Of a DNA stretch of 64,000 bases, positions 11,015 to 21,859 are shown piece by piece. This stretch comes from Psammoneis japonica. Its lineage: Eukaryota. The DNA is taken from assembly GCA_008632985.1 (NCBI GenBank), contig QPGO01000081.1, positions 248,001 through 312,000 on the forward strand, given 5' to 3'. The notes under the pieces were generated by a model, which saw only the letters and a list, made by a program, of their open reading frames with translations, was not told where the DNA came from and made no database searches. How positions within the stretch are numbered: the first letter of the stretch is position 1; the number at the start of each line of letters is the position of its first letter. A program made the position numbers and the translations under genes.

Positions 11015-12325
11015 CTAGTAGTGTCCCCGAGCAGCCGTGTGTTGGGCCAAACTTCGACTGGTGTCAAATTTCCGGCGGCACACGCGGCACCGCCAGCAGT
11101 GAGTCGTAGTATCGTCCACGGCAAAGAGTCTTCGTTCCACCGTAAAAAATTGCTCCAGTCCATGGCAGTTTACCAAGTCAAAGAGTGCCCGAAGCTCTTG
11201 TTTTGGCGTGCTATCTTCCGGGAGAAGACACGCAGAAATGTCCTTCTCTGCTGCTTTGCGACAACACACGACAATCAATCGTATCCACGCTTCCGCCTCA
11301 CAAATGTCCTGTACCCCTCCGTGATGCCGAAACTCACACGTCGACGGCCGCGATGACTTGATGAGGTTCGTCATGTTCAATTTGTAGTAACGATCCGGAC
11401 TGATCAATTCTACCAATTCTTGTTTGGATCGTACCTTCTCAATCCGTTCCCATCGTTGTCGATTGGATCGTTCTCCAAATACAAGACGGTTCGAACGACA
11501 ATATCGATTCCGGTTTGCAGCACGTGTACTACTACTACTACTAGTAGTTGGTTGACGTGACACGAGCAAATCAAAGGCATTCTCCAGGGACACAAAGCAT
11601 TGCGCCATGCGCTTGAGAACCGACAAGGAGAGACATTCACAGTCCACGTGCACATGAAAACTACACGTCCGATTGGTCCCAATGCCCAAGCGACGGACAT
11701 GCTCCATGACCTGTCGAACCTCTGCCAATCCATTTTCACTCTGCAACACAGGAGACACGATTTCCAACCCCAAATCGTCATTCTCATTCTCATTTTGTAC
11801 ACTGGAATCGGTGACAATCTTCCAATATGCGGTCGTTTCGTGAGTATATCCACGAAAGCGAATCTCAGGAGGACCCATGGCCGATAGTTGTCGTGCCATG
11901 TGTTCCAATGTAAATCCATCTCGTTTGCCTTGTGGTATGAAGAGTTCCAGTTCGACTCCGAAACGAGTAGAGGGCATTTCCTGCTCAAAGACCAACACGT
12001 GCGGGGGTGCTGCTTTACAGCACGCCTCACATTTGGGTCGATAGGGAGTGTTGCGAAAGGTACAAACACTGCAGTCCCAAGCGCCTTGATTTCGCTCGTC
12101 CGAGGAAGTTTGCTGCGATTCAAGCAATAACTTGTTTTCTACCACTGCCTCTTCTATCGCTTGCTGCTGCTGCATCATCGTGTTGATGTAGTACTCGTCA
12201 TCCTCATGCTGCTGAGCAGCCTGCCTTTTTTCTTCTTGTAAGGATGTTTCAATGGCGTGTCCCAGGAGTACGTCATCGTCAAAGTAATCGGTGCTGGAAT
12301 CGTAATATCCATCAGTGGCGCTCAT
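11015..12325 (-). CDS. UIM-like helix + NZF/RanBP2 zinc finger + Amidoligase_2-type COOH-NH2 ligase + C2H2 zinc finger, 436 aa
   Basis: DDDVLLGHAIETSLQE (UIM-like); WDCSVCTFRN...CEAC (NZF with TF motif); RFGVELE, WKIVTDSS, LEIVSPVL, CSFHVHVD, RYYKLN, TCEFRHH, EAWIRL; CRVCRRKF..SLAQH..GH. Confidence 0.85.
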   Translation of the reverse strand: MSATDGYYDSSTDYFDDDVLLGHAIETSLQEEKRQAAQQHEDDEYYINTMMQQQQAIEEAVVENKLLLESQQTSSDERNQGAWDCSVCTFRNTPYRPKCEACCKAAPPHVLVFEQEMPSTRFGVELELFIPQGKRDGFTLEHMARQLSAMGPPEIRFRGYTHETTAYWKIVTDSSVQNENENDDLGLEIVSPVLQSENGLAEVRQVMEHVRRLGIGTNRTCSFHVHVDCECLSLSVLKRMAQCFVSLENAFDLLVSRQPTTSSSSSTRAANRNRYCRSNRLVFGERSNRQRWERIEKVRSKQELVELISPDRYYKLNMTNLIKSSRPSTCEFRHHGGVQDICEAEAWIRLIVVCCRKAAEKDISACLLPEDSTPKQELRALFDLVNCHGLEQFFTVERRLFAVDDTTTHCWRCRVCRRKFDTSRSLAQHTAARGHY

Positions 12326-12815
12326 GCTTGTGCTATTCAGTACGACTCAACGTCGTCGTCGTCGTCAGATACAACATATACCGTGCAGTAGCTTTTCCTT
12401 ACGAAAGCTCTCCATTCCGGAACGATCGACTCCGCCCATAGCGTTCATCGCCGCTCCGCCGCCTCTCCACGGCACGCCGGCATCATTCGAAATCTTTGTT
12501 TGAAATCTTAGAGCCATTCGTGACTCGAGTTAACACGATTACCTCCTTGTAACGGTTATGTAGAGATTCTACTAAGCGCTCTGTAGGAAGATTTAGTCAC
12601 GTATTGAACCTCTTCGTGTTTGGCGAATGCGTACAATTTGTACCAGATCCTACACAGTCACGATTCATTTGTCGCCCTCCGGGACTGACTTGGGGTTCGC
12701 ATCGCCGTTAGTCAGATCACCCTCATCGCGCGAACGAAAAACGAGGCCCTTCTTTTTGTTTTCTCACTTTTTTTCGTTCTTCCTTTTCGAACTTCACCTC
12801 AAGAAATCATCAAAC

Positions 12816-13049
12816 ATGACCATCCCAGCCTCCATATACGCTCCTACAGTTCCATTCACGTCCTCAAGATCCTTTCCAGAACGTCGTCCTGCAGTAGCAC
12901 CGTTTCTGCACGAGTCAAGAGATGATGATCAAAACGATAATGTTGTGTCACTCGAAAATAACTCAAGACAAGATTGGTTTCATTCTCCAGACCAAGACAG
13001 AAAAGAAGCAAGAAGAACACTTGGCGACATTTCAAACGTTGTGCATTAG
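12816..13049 (+). CDS. Small disordered protein (77 aa) ending in a destruction box RRTLGDISN
   Basis: ATG in a caaacATG context after a pyrimidine-rich leader; C-terminal RxxLxxIxN. Confidence 0.5.
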   Translation: MTIPASIYAPTVPFTSSRSFPERRPAVAPFLHESRDDDQNDNVVSLENNSRQDWFHSPDQDRKEARRTLGDISNVVH

Positions 13050-13291
13050 ATGGGCGCGGGTGGCTATCGCAATTCATGTTATTTTTACATTGTAAAAAGC
13101 ACTCCGCCGAGATGAACTCTACATATACATTGAAGTTGCTCGGAAGCCAAGAGTGAATAAAGCCTCGGGCTATAATTTATAATCTAGATCCATTATCAAA
13201 AATGCTCTTTCTTATCGTTGCCTGACCAATCTTGTCAATATATCATTACCAATTCATCCCCTAAGCAAACCCGGTGGGCACGGACAATTAT

Positions 13292-16200
13292 TCATCCCCT
13301 GGACAAACCCGGTGGACGCTTGGCACGGACAATCCGGCGTCCCCTTTTACTAGGCTTCTTTGCGTCGCTCGTTCCCATGCTGAATACCGGCGCATTGGCC
13401 ATGTTAGCACCGAACCCACCACCAAAGGCTGCAGGTGCGGCGGGCGCAGCTCCTGCTCCAAACGTACTAGGTGCTCCCCCAAAGCCAGGAGCTGGCGCAG
13501 GTGCTCCCCCAAAGCCAGGACCCGGCGCAGGTGCTGCTGCTCCGCCAAAACCAGAAGCCGATGCACCAAAAGTCTGTGTCGTCGCAGAAGCCCCAAAGAT
13601 CGGTGCATTGGCTGCGGCATTATTGGCAGTTCCAAAGGAGGCACCTACTGTTGGAGCAGCCGTAGTTCCTCCAAAAGGCCCCCCTTGTTGCGCAGTAGTA
13701 GCAGGAGTTGTAGATCCAAACGGAGCACTTCCTGCTTGTGTGGACCCGCCAAAAGGAGCCCCTTGCTCCGCAGCAGCGGGCTTCGAGGATGCGCCAAACG
13801 TTGTGGGTGGTGCTTGCGTTCCCGTGTTGTTGCTACTACCACCAAAGGCAAATCCAGACGATTGAGCTGATAGAGCCGGAGCAGTTGTGGATCCTGCAAA
13901 AGATGTAGCAGCAGCCGGAGCCGCGCCTGGAGCAGTTCCAAAAGTCGCAGCTGCCGGAGCTGGTGTAGTAGTTCCCCCAAAGGACGGAGCTGCTGGAGCT
14001 GGAGCAGTTCCAAAAGTCGCAGCTGCCGGAGCTGGCGCAGACGGAGCTGCAGGGGCGGCGGCTGCAGCGGTGCCAAAAGTCGCAGCTGCCGGAGCTGCTG
14101 GGGCAGCGGCTGGAGTAGTTCCAAAAGTTGCAGCTGGTGTAGTTCCCCCCAGGGAAGGAGCTGCTGGGGCTGGAGTAGTTCCAAACGTCGTTGCTGCAGG
14201 AGCTGGTGTAGTCGTCCCCCCCAAGGATGGAGCTGCTGGAGTAGTTCCAAATGTCGTAGCTGCTGGAGCTGGTGTAGTTCCCCCCGCGGCCGTCGTGGAA
14301 CCAAATTGAAACGCATTGGAGGATGACGTTGTAGCAAACGTAAAGGAAGGCTTGGGCTGGTCACCTCCAGAAGGCTTTGCATTACCAAAGGTAAAGGATG
14401 GTTTGGGTTTTTCTGTGGATGGTGCAGAAGAACTAGTACCAACGGCGGGCGTTGCTGCATTTTCCGTAGAATTATTATTGGCGACGGCAGCACCAAACAA
14501 GGAGGGTGCTGCTTGACTCGTCGGCGGCGCAGCGGGAGCACTCAGCGATCCACCAAACAAGGAAGCCGCGGCTGGAGCAGCAGCAGTATTGTCCTCATCT
14601 GCACGACGCTTCTTTTTCCCATCGCCGCTTTCATCCTTGTTCTTGGGCGTGGCCGTTGGTGAAAACCGAAAGGCCTTGGTTCCGACGTTGGCTTTTCACC
14701 CAACGAAAACAACGGCTTTGGTTTGTCAGGGGCAGCTGCTGTTGGTTCGTTTGTTGTTGCCGCTGGTACGGGTAGCTGGATGGAGCTATTGGTTCCAAAC
14801 TGAAGCCGGGGTGGTGTCGTCGTCGTCGTTGACTCTTTTGTTTCGTCCGTCTTTTCTGGAGCCTTTTTGGTCTCGTTAGAATCCGAAGGCTTGGCGTCCG
14901 CCGCAGGCTTGGCATCCGTGTCCGTTGTTGCAGCCTTTTCTTCCAACAAAGTACCACCACTGGGCGGTGCAGTAGTAGTTGCTGTCGTGCCTCCATCGGT
15001 AGTAGTTGCGGCCGCTGGCTTGGCGTCGTCATTCTTGGTCGTCGTCGTTGTTGTTGTAGCCGCGGGTGTTGATGCTCCAAACGAAAAGCCACCGGTACTG
15101 CCAGCTCCATTCGTTGTCGTTGCGGGTGTAGCAGCCGCGGGTGTCGTCGTAGTTGCAGCAGCCGCGGGTGCAGCAGCCGTTGGTGCTCGAAAGGTGAATC
15201 CAGTGGAGCCAATGGCAGAAGCTGCTGCACCACCGCTGGCTGACGTATTAGTGTCGGTTCCAGCAGCAGCAGGGGCAGTTGCAGCCGGTGCTGCTCCAAA
15301 GTGAAATCCACCAGCGCCAGTACTAGACGTAGAAGCGGTTGCGGCACCAATACTAGACGAAGAAGCTGTTGCGGCGGGTGCTCCTGCTGCAAAGGTAAAA
15401 CCACCTGCACCAATGCTCGATCCACCAGACGTGGTGGCGGGTTGAGTCGTCGTCGTCGTCGTCGTCGTCGTTCCTCCTTCTTGCGCAGTGGTTCCTTCTT
15501 GTGTTTCTTCTTCTTCTTTTGGAGGCGGACGTTTCGTTTCACACGCAGGACATTGATCCTTTTCAGTGGAATTGTAATTCGTGCAGCCAGGACATTTCCA
15601 AAAGTTGGGATCGCTGGCACGTTGCATGACCCCAAAGACCAAAGTTCCCTCCCATCCTGTTGTTCTCATTCTTTTTTGGGGTTGATCGTTGTCGTCTGCT
15701 TCGGGAGAAGTAGTTTCGTTGTTGTCCTTCTTTTTGTTTTGTTTGTCTTTTGAAGGTTTGGCAGCACGGGGGCGGTCGACAAAGGTTGCATCGTCTTGTG
15801 GTTCTTCTTGTAGATTGGGTACAAGAGTATTGCAAGAATGCTCCATGCCCGTGCGGGACCATGTGTTTGCAATCAACAAACTTTCTCGTACCAAGGGTCG
15901 TTCTCGAGGTGGTGGAGGAAGCACCATGGGTAGAGTCATGTTGGTCCGCATAGGAGGATGGCGGACGGGAGGTCGTCGAGTCGTCGTCGATGATGATGGT
16001 GGAGGCATCACGGCGGCTGGTTTCTTTTCCGAATTGGGCGTGCTTGCTGTAGCGGCTTTGCGTTTTTTGCCAATCGGCGTCGCGTCCTTTGTAGTGGAAG
16101 AATCCTCCAGTTGCATTGCCTCTGGTTGTGCTACTGCTGCTACGGATGACATGGCAGGCAATCGCGATCCCGTTTGATGGGTTCCATAAATGCGTCGTCC

Positions 16201-16796
16201 ACGCGTGGCTGTGTAGGTTTTGAAATTGGGTGTACCCTTGGGTACGTCGGCCAATGCGGCAAGCTCACGACTCTTTTTCAAAATTTGTTGAGCCGTTTCG
16301 GCATTGTGGAGTTTTCGTCGTTTCACGGGTCGATTGATAATTTTCGAATTGGGACGGTACGGTCGGCGGCGAAATAAAGAAGACGAAGAAGTGTCGTTGC
16401 TGGTGGTGGTGCCCATGGAAAAGGAGGGAACATCGTTGGTGGTCGTCATGTGATTGTCTGCCGTCCACGGAGACCATGCTTGTCTTTTGTTGTAGCAGTC
16501 GCAGTAGTAGTACTAGTCCTTGCCGTGGTAGTAGAATTATGATTGGCAGGCGTCGGTGCTGGAGTCGGAGCCGGTAAAATCGTGTCGGAATAACTCAATC
16601 GGGACGAGGACAAATCGAGTCTCGTAGAATTTGTACCATTTCCTACGACGGTAATCTCCAACGTTCGTTTTTTGGGTTGTTGCTGCTTTTTCGAAGAAAA
16701 GGGTGTTGACAATCGACTCCAAAACGAACCTCCGTTGTTGTTGTTGTTGTTGTTAGAGCCGCCGTTGGGAGGAGGAGGTGTGCCGGAGGATGACAT
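13292..16796 (-). CDS. FG-repeat nucleoporin, Nup153/Nup1-like nuclear-basket type (three ORFs joined by two apparent 1-nt indels)
   Basis: RanBP2 finger WKCPGCTNYN..CPAC; FxFG/TFG repeats; basic C-terminus FSMG..GRRIVRAKR. Adding one T at about 14662 gives a continuous GFSPTATPKNKDESGDGKKKRRA; a second shift lies near 16480-16500. Confidence 0.8.
13900..14290 (-). repeat. Coding tandem repeats (PAAATFGT / PSxGGTTP units) in the nucleoporin
   Basis: Recurrent ccaaaagtcgcagctgccggagct-like units. Confidence 0.8.
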
Positions 16797-17084
16797 GGTG
16801 TGAAGTTGATAAGCGGTCGGTCGTATGGTCCGATTTTGCTTGTGTTGTTGTTTTTGTGATTGACAAAAAATGCGGTGCGTTGTCGTCCATACAATTTCTA
16901 CACGAACGGGTGATGGGCAGTCGTTCTACGCAAATTTCTACGCGATCTTTCAGTACATCACATTTTCCGTTGTAGTTAACATTTGATAAATTCGGAAATG
17001 TAGATAAATTTTATTCAATTCAGTCGACTGATTCGAATCCGGCATGCACTTTTGCACTTTCACTTTTGTGTGCATGCGTTGACC

Positions 17085-18465
17085 ATGACGAACAGCAACG
17101 GCGGCGACGAAGAACGGATTGGCGACTATAGCAAGCAACACTTGCTCAAGCATGCACTCAAACTAGTAGAAGAAAAGGCCAGTGTGACTTCGGTCTTTAG
17201 CGAGGAAGCAGAAGCCAAAATTCCAAAATTTCAAACAAAAGGTATGTAATGTTGAAGTTGTGTCTATGAATCTGAATCGAGTCTCATTACTTTTTTCTTT
17301 TTAATAAAAAAACTAGAACTCGACCTTGGTCGAGTTCTTGGCCGTGGTGGGTTTTGTGCCGTGAGTGAAATTCAAAAAATTACCTTGGAAAATGATTCTA
17401 CTTTGGAAGAAGAAACAAATAATGATCCATCCCACGAGATGATTGTTCAGAATCGTAAATTCATGGCGGATTATTGTATACGAGATGGTAATCATGCCCG
17501 TTATGCCATGAAGCAACTCTCCAAAGAAAGTTTGGCCAATTCGGATTTGTACGTGAGAGGATTGGTCGATTTGCTCATGGAGAGTAAATTTCTAGCCGTC
17601 TTGCGTCATGCGCACATCATCAAAATGAGAGCCATTTCGTCGTCTCCCCAAACTCATTGTTTTCTCGTTTTGGATCGACTTTATGAAACGTTTGAAATCA
17701 AATTGGGAGAATGGAATCGTGCTTCGGCAAGCGGTTGTCCGTGTTTGGGATCCTCGTCCAAGCAGGCGGAAATATGGGGTGAGCGATTGCTCATGGCGTG
17801 CGATTTGGCATCGGCCTTCAAGTATATGCATGGAATCAAGTGAGTATAACAACAATAATTGGACTGTACTTGTTAGAGTCACCCTCCCTCACGCTCCTTT
17901 TCCATTCTATTATTATAGTATTATATATCGCGACTTGAAGCCCGATAATATCCGCTTCGATGTCCGGGGCGATGTCAAGTTGTTTGACTTTGGACTTTGC
18001 CGTCAACTCAATCCCGACTTGCTGGACGAAAACGATGGATTGTATAGATTGACGGGTGACACGGGCTCGATCATTTACATGGCACCCGAAGTGGCCCTGA
18101 ATCAAAATTACAATGAAACTGTGGACGTGTACAGTTTTGGTATTTTGCTTTGGCAAATTTGTTCTGGCAAAACGACTGTATACGAAAATTTCAATTACAA
18201 CATGATTCTCAAGAGCATTGTCAAGGGCGGGGCACGGCCCGCCATGGACAATTCATGGAGCAAGCCATTGCAATCTTTAATCAATAATTGTTGGTCCAAG
18301 GATATTTCCAAACGACCCAGCATGGAAAAAGTCATGGAGGGCTTGTATGCCGAAATGAGACGATCCGATATCGATGCCGACCTTCAATCGGATGAACTCG
18401 ATGCTAGTACCAAGAGTATGCATTCCTTGCATGCCAAGAAGCTACAGCAGCAACAACAACAATGA
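17085..18465 (+). CDS. TKL-type protein kinase; exons 17085-17241, 17317-17839, 17919-18465
   Basis: LGRGGFCAV, YAMK, YRDLKPDN, DFG, YMAPE, DVYSFG; both GT-AG introns splice in frame. Confidence 0.9.
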
Positions 18466-18590
18466 AATGTGAATTTTGTATCTTCGATGCCGTCGGATGA
18501 ACTCGATGTCAGTACCAAGAGCATGCATTCCTTGCATGCCAAGAAACAACAACAACAATGAATGTGAATATGTGATTGTGTATCTTTTTT
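18388..18590 (+). repeat. About 105-bp tandem duplication of the kinase 3' end, including its stop codon
   Basis: tcggatgaactcgatg..gtaccaagag..atgcattccttgcatgccaagaa..caacaacaatga occurs at about 18388 and 18493. Confidence 0.85.
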
Positions 18591-18726
18591 GTAACTTCAA
18601 TTTTGTGAAAATAAATGTGACTATTGTAAGAAAAAGCTAATGCAGTTTTGCAAGGTACTTGTACTAGATAGCATCATTGTCGTCGTTGTCAACAATGATT
18701 TATATGGTAAGGTAGCAACATTCATT

Positions 18727-19497
18727 TTAGACAGACAATAATTCAAACTTGTCTCCCACTTTGGGAGTAATGACACGATTCAGCATGCCCAGATAGCTAT
18801 TGAGTGCTCGTTTCGCCGCCTCGTGCGCAGCACGCTTCTTGTCACTTGTCGTGGATCGTTGAATGTCTTGCAAATCCAAATACACTTCATTGATATAATA
18901 TCGCGCCAAGAGCAATTCATTGGTCGTTCCGGTATTTTCGGATGCCAAGAAACCATTCGCAAAGAGTCCCATGGGACGTAATTGATACACATCCGACGAG
19001 TCGGTTGGATCCACCATGGATTCATCCTTCAACACATTGTCAATTCGTGTCATGCCCTTTTGAATACGACTGCCATATTTTTTCAAGGCATCATAACGTT
19101 GTTGGGTCAAGACAAAGGGCATGGTTTTGGGAAAATCCGTGCTTCCCTCTGGAATAAAGGGAGCTGCAGTTCCAAACTTGAAGTAATAATCCTGCTTGAA
19201 CAAAACATTGGAATTGTCAAAGGCACGTGACGGACTTGCTTGGGCATTGCCTACTTGGACACCGACTGTATAATCCACAAGGGTTCCACCGGGAGCAAAA
19301 TCGGCAAATGCTGGTGACGATGACAATGTCAGTAGTGTTGTTGTTGTTTGCAAAAAGACGTCACGTCGTCGCAAGACGGTAGCATGCAACGCTGATGTGC
19401 TTTTCTTGTTTGTTGTTGGGAAACGAAAACAAAACGCATCCGAATGGAACACACTGCTTCCAAACAACAGGTTCAGGAGTAAGAAGAATCGAGCCAT
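18727..19497 (-). CDS. Plastid thylakoid-lumen protein (signal peptide, transit peptide and twin-arginine signal), 256 aa
   Basis: MARFFLLL..SDA-F; S/T/K-rich transit peptide; RRRDVF..hydrophobic..AFA-D cleavage site; helical C-terminal domain. Confidence 0.75.
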   Translation of the reverse strand: MARFFLLLNLLFGSSVFHSDAFCFRFPTTNKKSTSALHATVLRRRDVFLQTTTTLLTLSSSPAFADFAPGGTLVDYTVGVQVGNAQASPSRAFDNSNVLFKQDYYFKFGTAAPFIPEGSTDFPKTMPFVLTQQRYDALKKYGSRIQKGMTRIDNVLKDESMVDPTDSSDVYQLRPMGLFANGFLASENTGTTNELLLARYYINEVYLDLQDIQRSTTSDKKRAAHEAAKRALNSYLGMLNRVITPKVGDKFELLSV

Positions 19498-19504
19498 TGT
19501 TGTA

Positions 19505-21450
19505 CAGTGTTGGAGAACACAACGTGTGTGTGTGATGTGAGAAACAAGACACAAAGATTTGAAGATGAGTGAGGGTGGGCGTGGGCAACTGCTTGAGTGT
19601 GCGTTTTTACTTGTTGACAGCAAGACCACGTGCAACAACCACACCTGCCTACGCCTGCCATCCACAAACATCACACCAGAGGAATGACAATGCCCACCCT
19701 CTCTGTGACAAATGTGCTGAGCACACCCGTTTGTGCTCTCTCCCCCAGTGTGCACGTTGTCACGAGCAGAGGACTGCACACCATACCACCTGCGGTGTGG
19801 GCTTGGTTTTGACCACTTGTGTGGCACGAGCTTTTGGCTCTTGTTCAGAACACAATGTGTTGGAGAAATGGAGTTGGGTGTTGATGATGTCTCTAAAATG
19901 GAGGGGTCTTCTAAACTCAGATTTTGTGACCATGACAATGAGAGTCAGTCATTCTTTGCACAGTTCTGGGCTTGTTTTGTTTGCTGGAGCAAGCCGAGGA
20001 GGCCAGCTGCCCCCCTTTCTCCAGATCTCCAGATCTCTGAGTTTTCTTCTCTCTTTCTTGCTTTCACTCTCTTTCACAAGAGCCATGCTCATGTTGAAGG
20101 CCAGACATTGCTCACAATGCAATTCCTCTCTTTTCTGTCAAGGCACAACACTGCTGGCTGTGAAACGCTCCTTCATGGACACAACTGGGGAGGGTGCACA
20201 CACGCTGCTGCACTGCACGCCACGGAAGCGCCTGGAGCACAATGATGGAGCAACTTTTCAGCAAGTTGCAGGCACCCTGGAGTGTCAGCACAGAATGCCT
20301 TGCAGCTTCCAACACAAATTCTTGGTCCAACAGTGGCGCCTCCAAGGCAAAACCGCTCAAAGCGAGGAGAGGGTGTGTGTGTCTGTTTTGGTGCCCCCAG
20401 CACAGTTTGCCACAAAAGTGTGTGGGGACAATCCAGTTTCTGGGCCATGGGGTTTGCACCCTGTGTGTTGGCTGCACAGAGTGCATGAAGCATGATCACT
20501 GGAAAGAGGCCCTCACCCCCACCTGTCACCCTGCCATGTCCAAAGAAGGCCTGGCTGCAGCAGCTGGTCTTTGTCTTCCAGCAGCAACACAAAACCCATG
20601 AGAAAGTCTTTGCACACCAAAAAGACTTTTTCTCTGGGGACAAATTCCAAAGCAAAATGGCCCACTTGCATGACCTGCATGGTGGTGAGTTCCCTCTTGG
20701 TTTGAGGGCATTCTAAGATTTGTTGGGGGGGGGGGGGGCAAGAACAAGTCGTCAGCACATTGTGCGGCAGGGAGAACAACCTTTGGGTCATGATCTCTCT
20801 CAAAGTTGGAGAGGGGATCAAAAGACAAAAGAAAGCAAGTGCTTGTCTTTTTGAATGCACTCTGAACAACCTTCTTGTCATCCTTGAGACAATCAAAAGC
20901 AAGCTGGGGTGTTCCCCCCCCCCTTTTTTTGTTGGACAGGACACTTTGCAATCTCAACTCTTGCCCGCTCATGATGTGCGCCTGACCAACTTCATGGAGA
21001 ACTCCTTGCCACAGGAGCCCTGCCATTGCTTGGGACCTCCCCACCTTCTGATGGCTTGCACTGTCACTTTGACACTGTCCGACATGGTGGCCGCAATTTT
21101 CCTGCCTTGTTGCGGCATTTTTTTTGCTGTCGCCAATGTGCTTTGGTCCATGCTGATGGCCAAGGCCTGGCAAAGAAGAGAGAGAGATGCTCTGGCCTCT
21201 CTGGCTGAGATTCCTGGGTTGTCTGAGCATGCCACACTTCTTTTTCTGGCATGTGGGCAGCACTTGCTCCTCAGCACAGAAGTTCTGGGTTGGTTGACAC
21301 CACGCATTTGGTGGTTGATTGTTGGAGTCAGAGCAAGATGTCACCACCACTGCCAGTGTGCTCACAGAATCTGTTGATGACAGTCGTTGGACAATGGGAG
21401 TGTGAAGGATTGCGCTGTTCCCAAAACGAGGGGACCAGCAGGGGGAAGAG
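19505..21450. other. TpA/CpG-depleted hypermutated block C (content unidentified)
   Basis: TA nearly absent (survivors such as tttac, ctaaa, ctaag); overlapping Cys/His-rich ORFs in all frames. Confidence 0.85.
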
Positions 21451-21859
21451 TCGGGACACGTGGTCGTGAATCATCGACCTTCAACGACTGTTCTGCTGCC
21501 CGCTACCGAGTAAAAGTGCTTCTAGCAGCTCTGGCCAACACAAAGTCTGTATGCATGCACCGACAATCGCACGTGCAAGTTAGGTTGCCTTTTTCGATGA
21601 GTACAGAGATTCAATCAAGTTGCTCGATAGAGCACTTCAAACACCGTACGGTAGCTGACGACTGCACGATTTCCAAACTCATCAGTAATCATTTGGATGC
21701 AACTGTCCATTTTATCTCGAAAGATGGCGCAGGTGGACCCTCCTACCATGGTTTGACGCAATAATGCTACATAAAACAACACAAAACAATCACGTTGATT
21801 CGGATGATATACCTTCTTAATGTAGTTCAACACCCCTGTTGCCGTCGTTTGCGATTCTT

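Noticed and set aside
13218..16177. Long plus-strand Ala/Gly/Val-rich ORFs
   Set aside because: Antisense shadows of the low-complexity nucleoporin.
13292..16796. Programmed frameshifting or pseudogenisation in the nucleoporin (also DUF1295 and the 53.8-57.7 kb gene)
   Set aside because: Where I can localise them, the shifts are single-base losses in short homopolymers within otherwise intact genes; long-read assembly error is more parsimonious and read polishing is needed.
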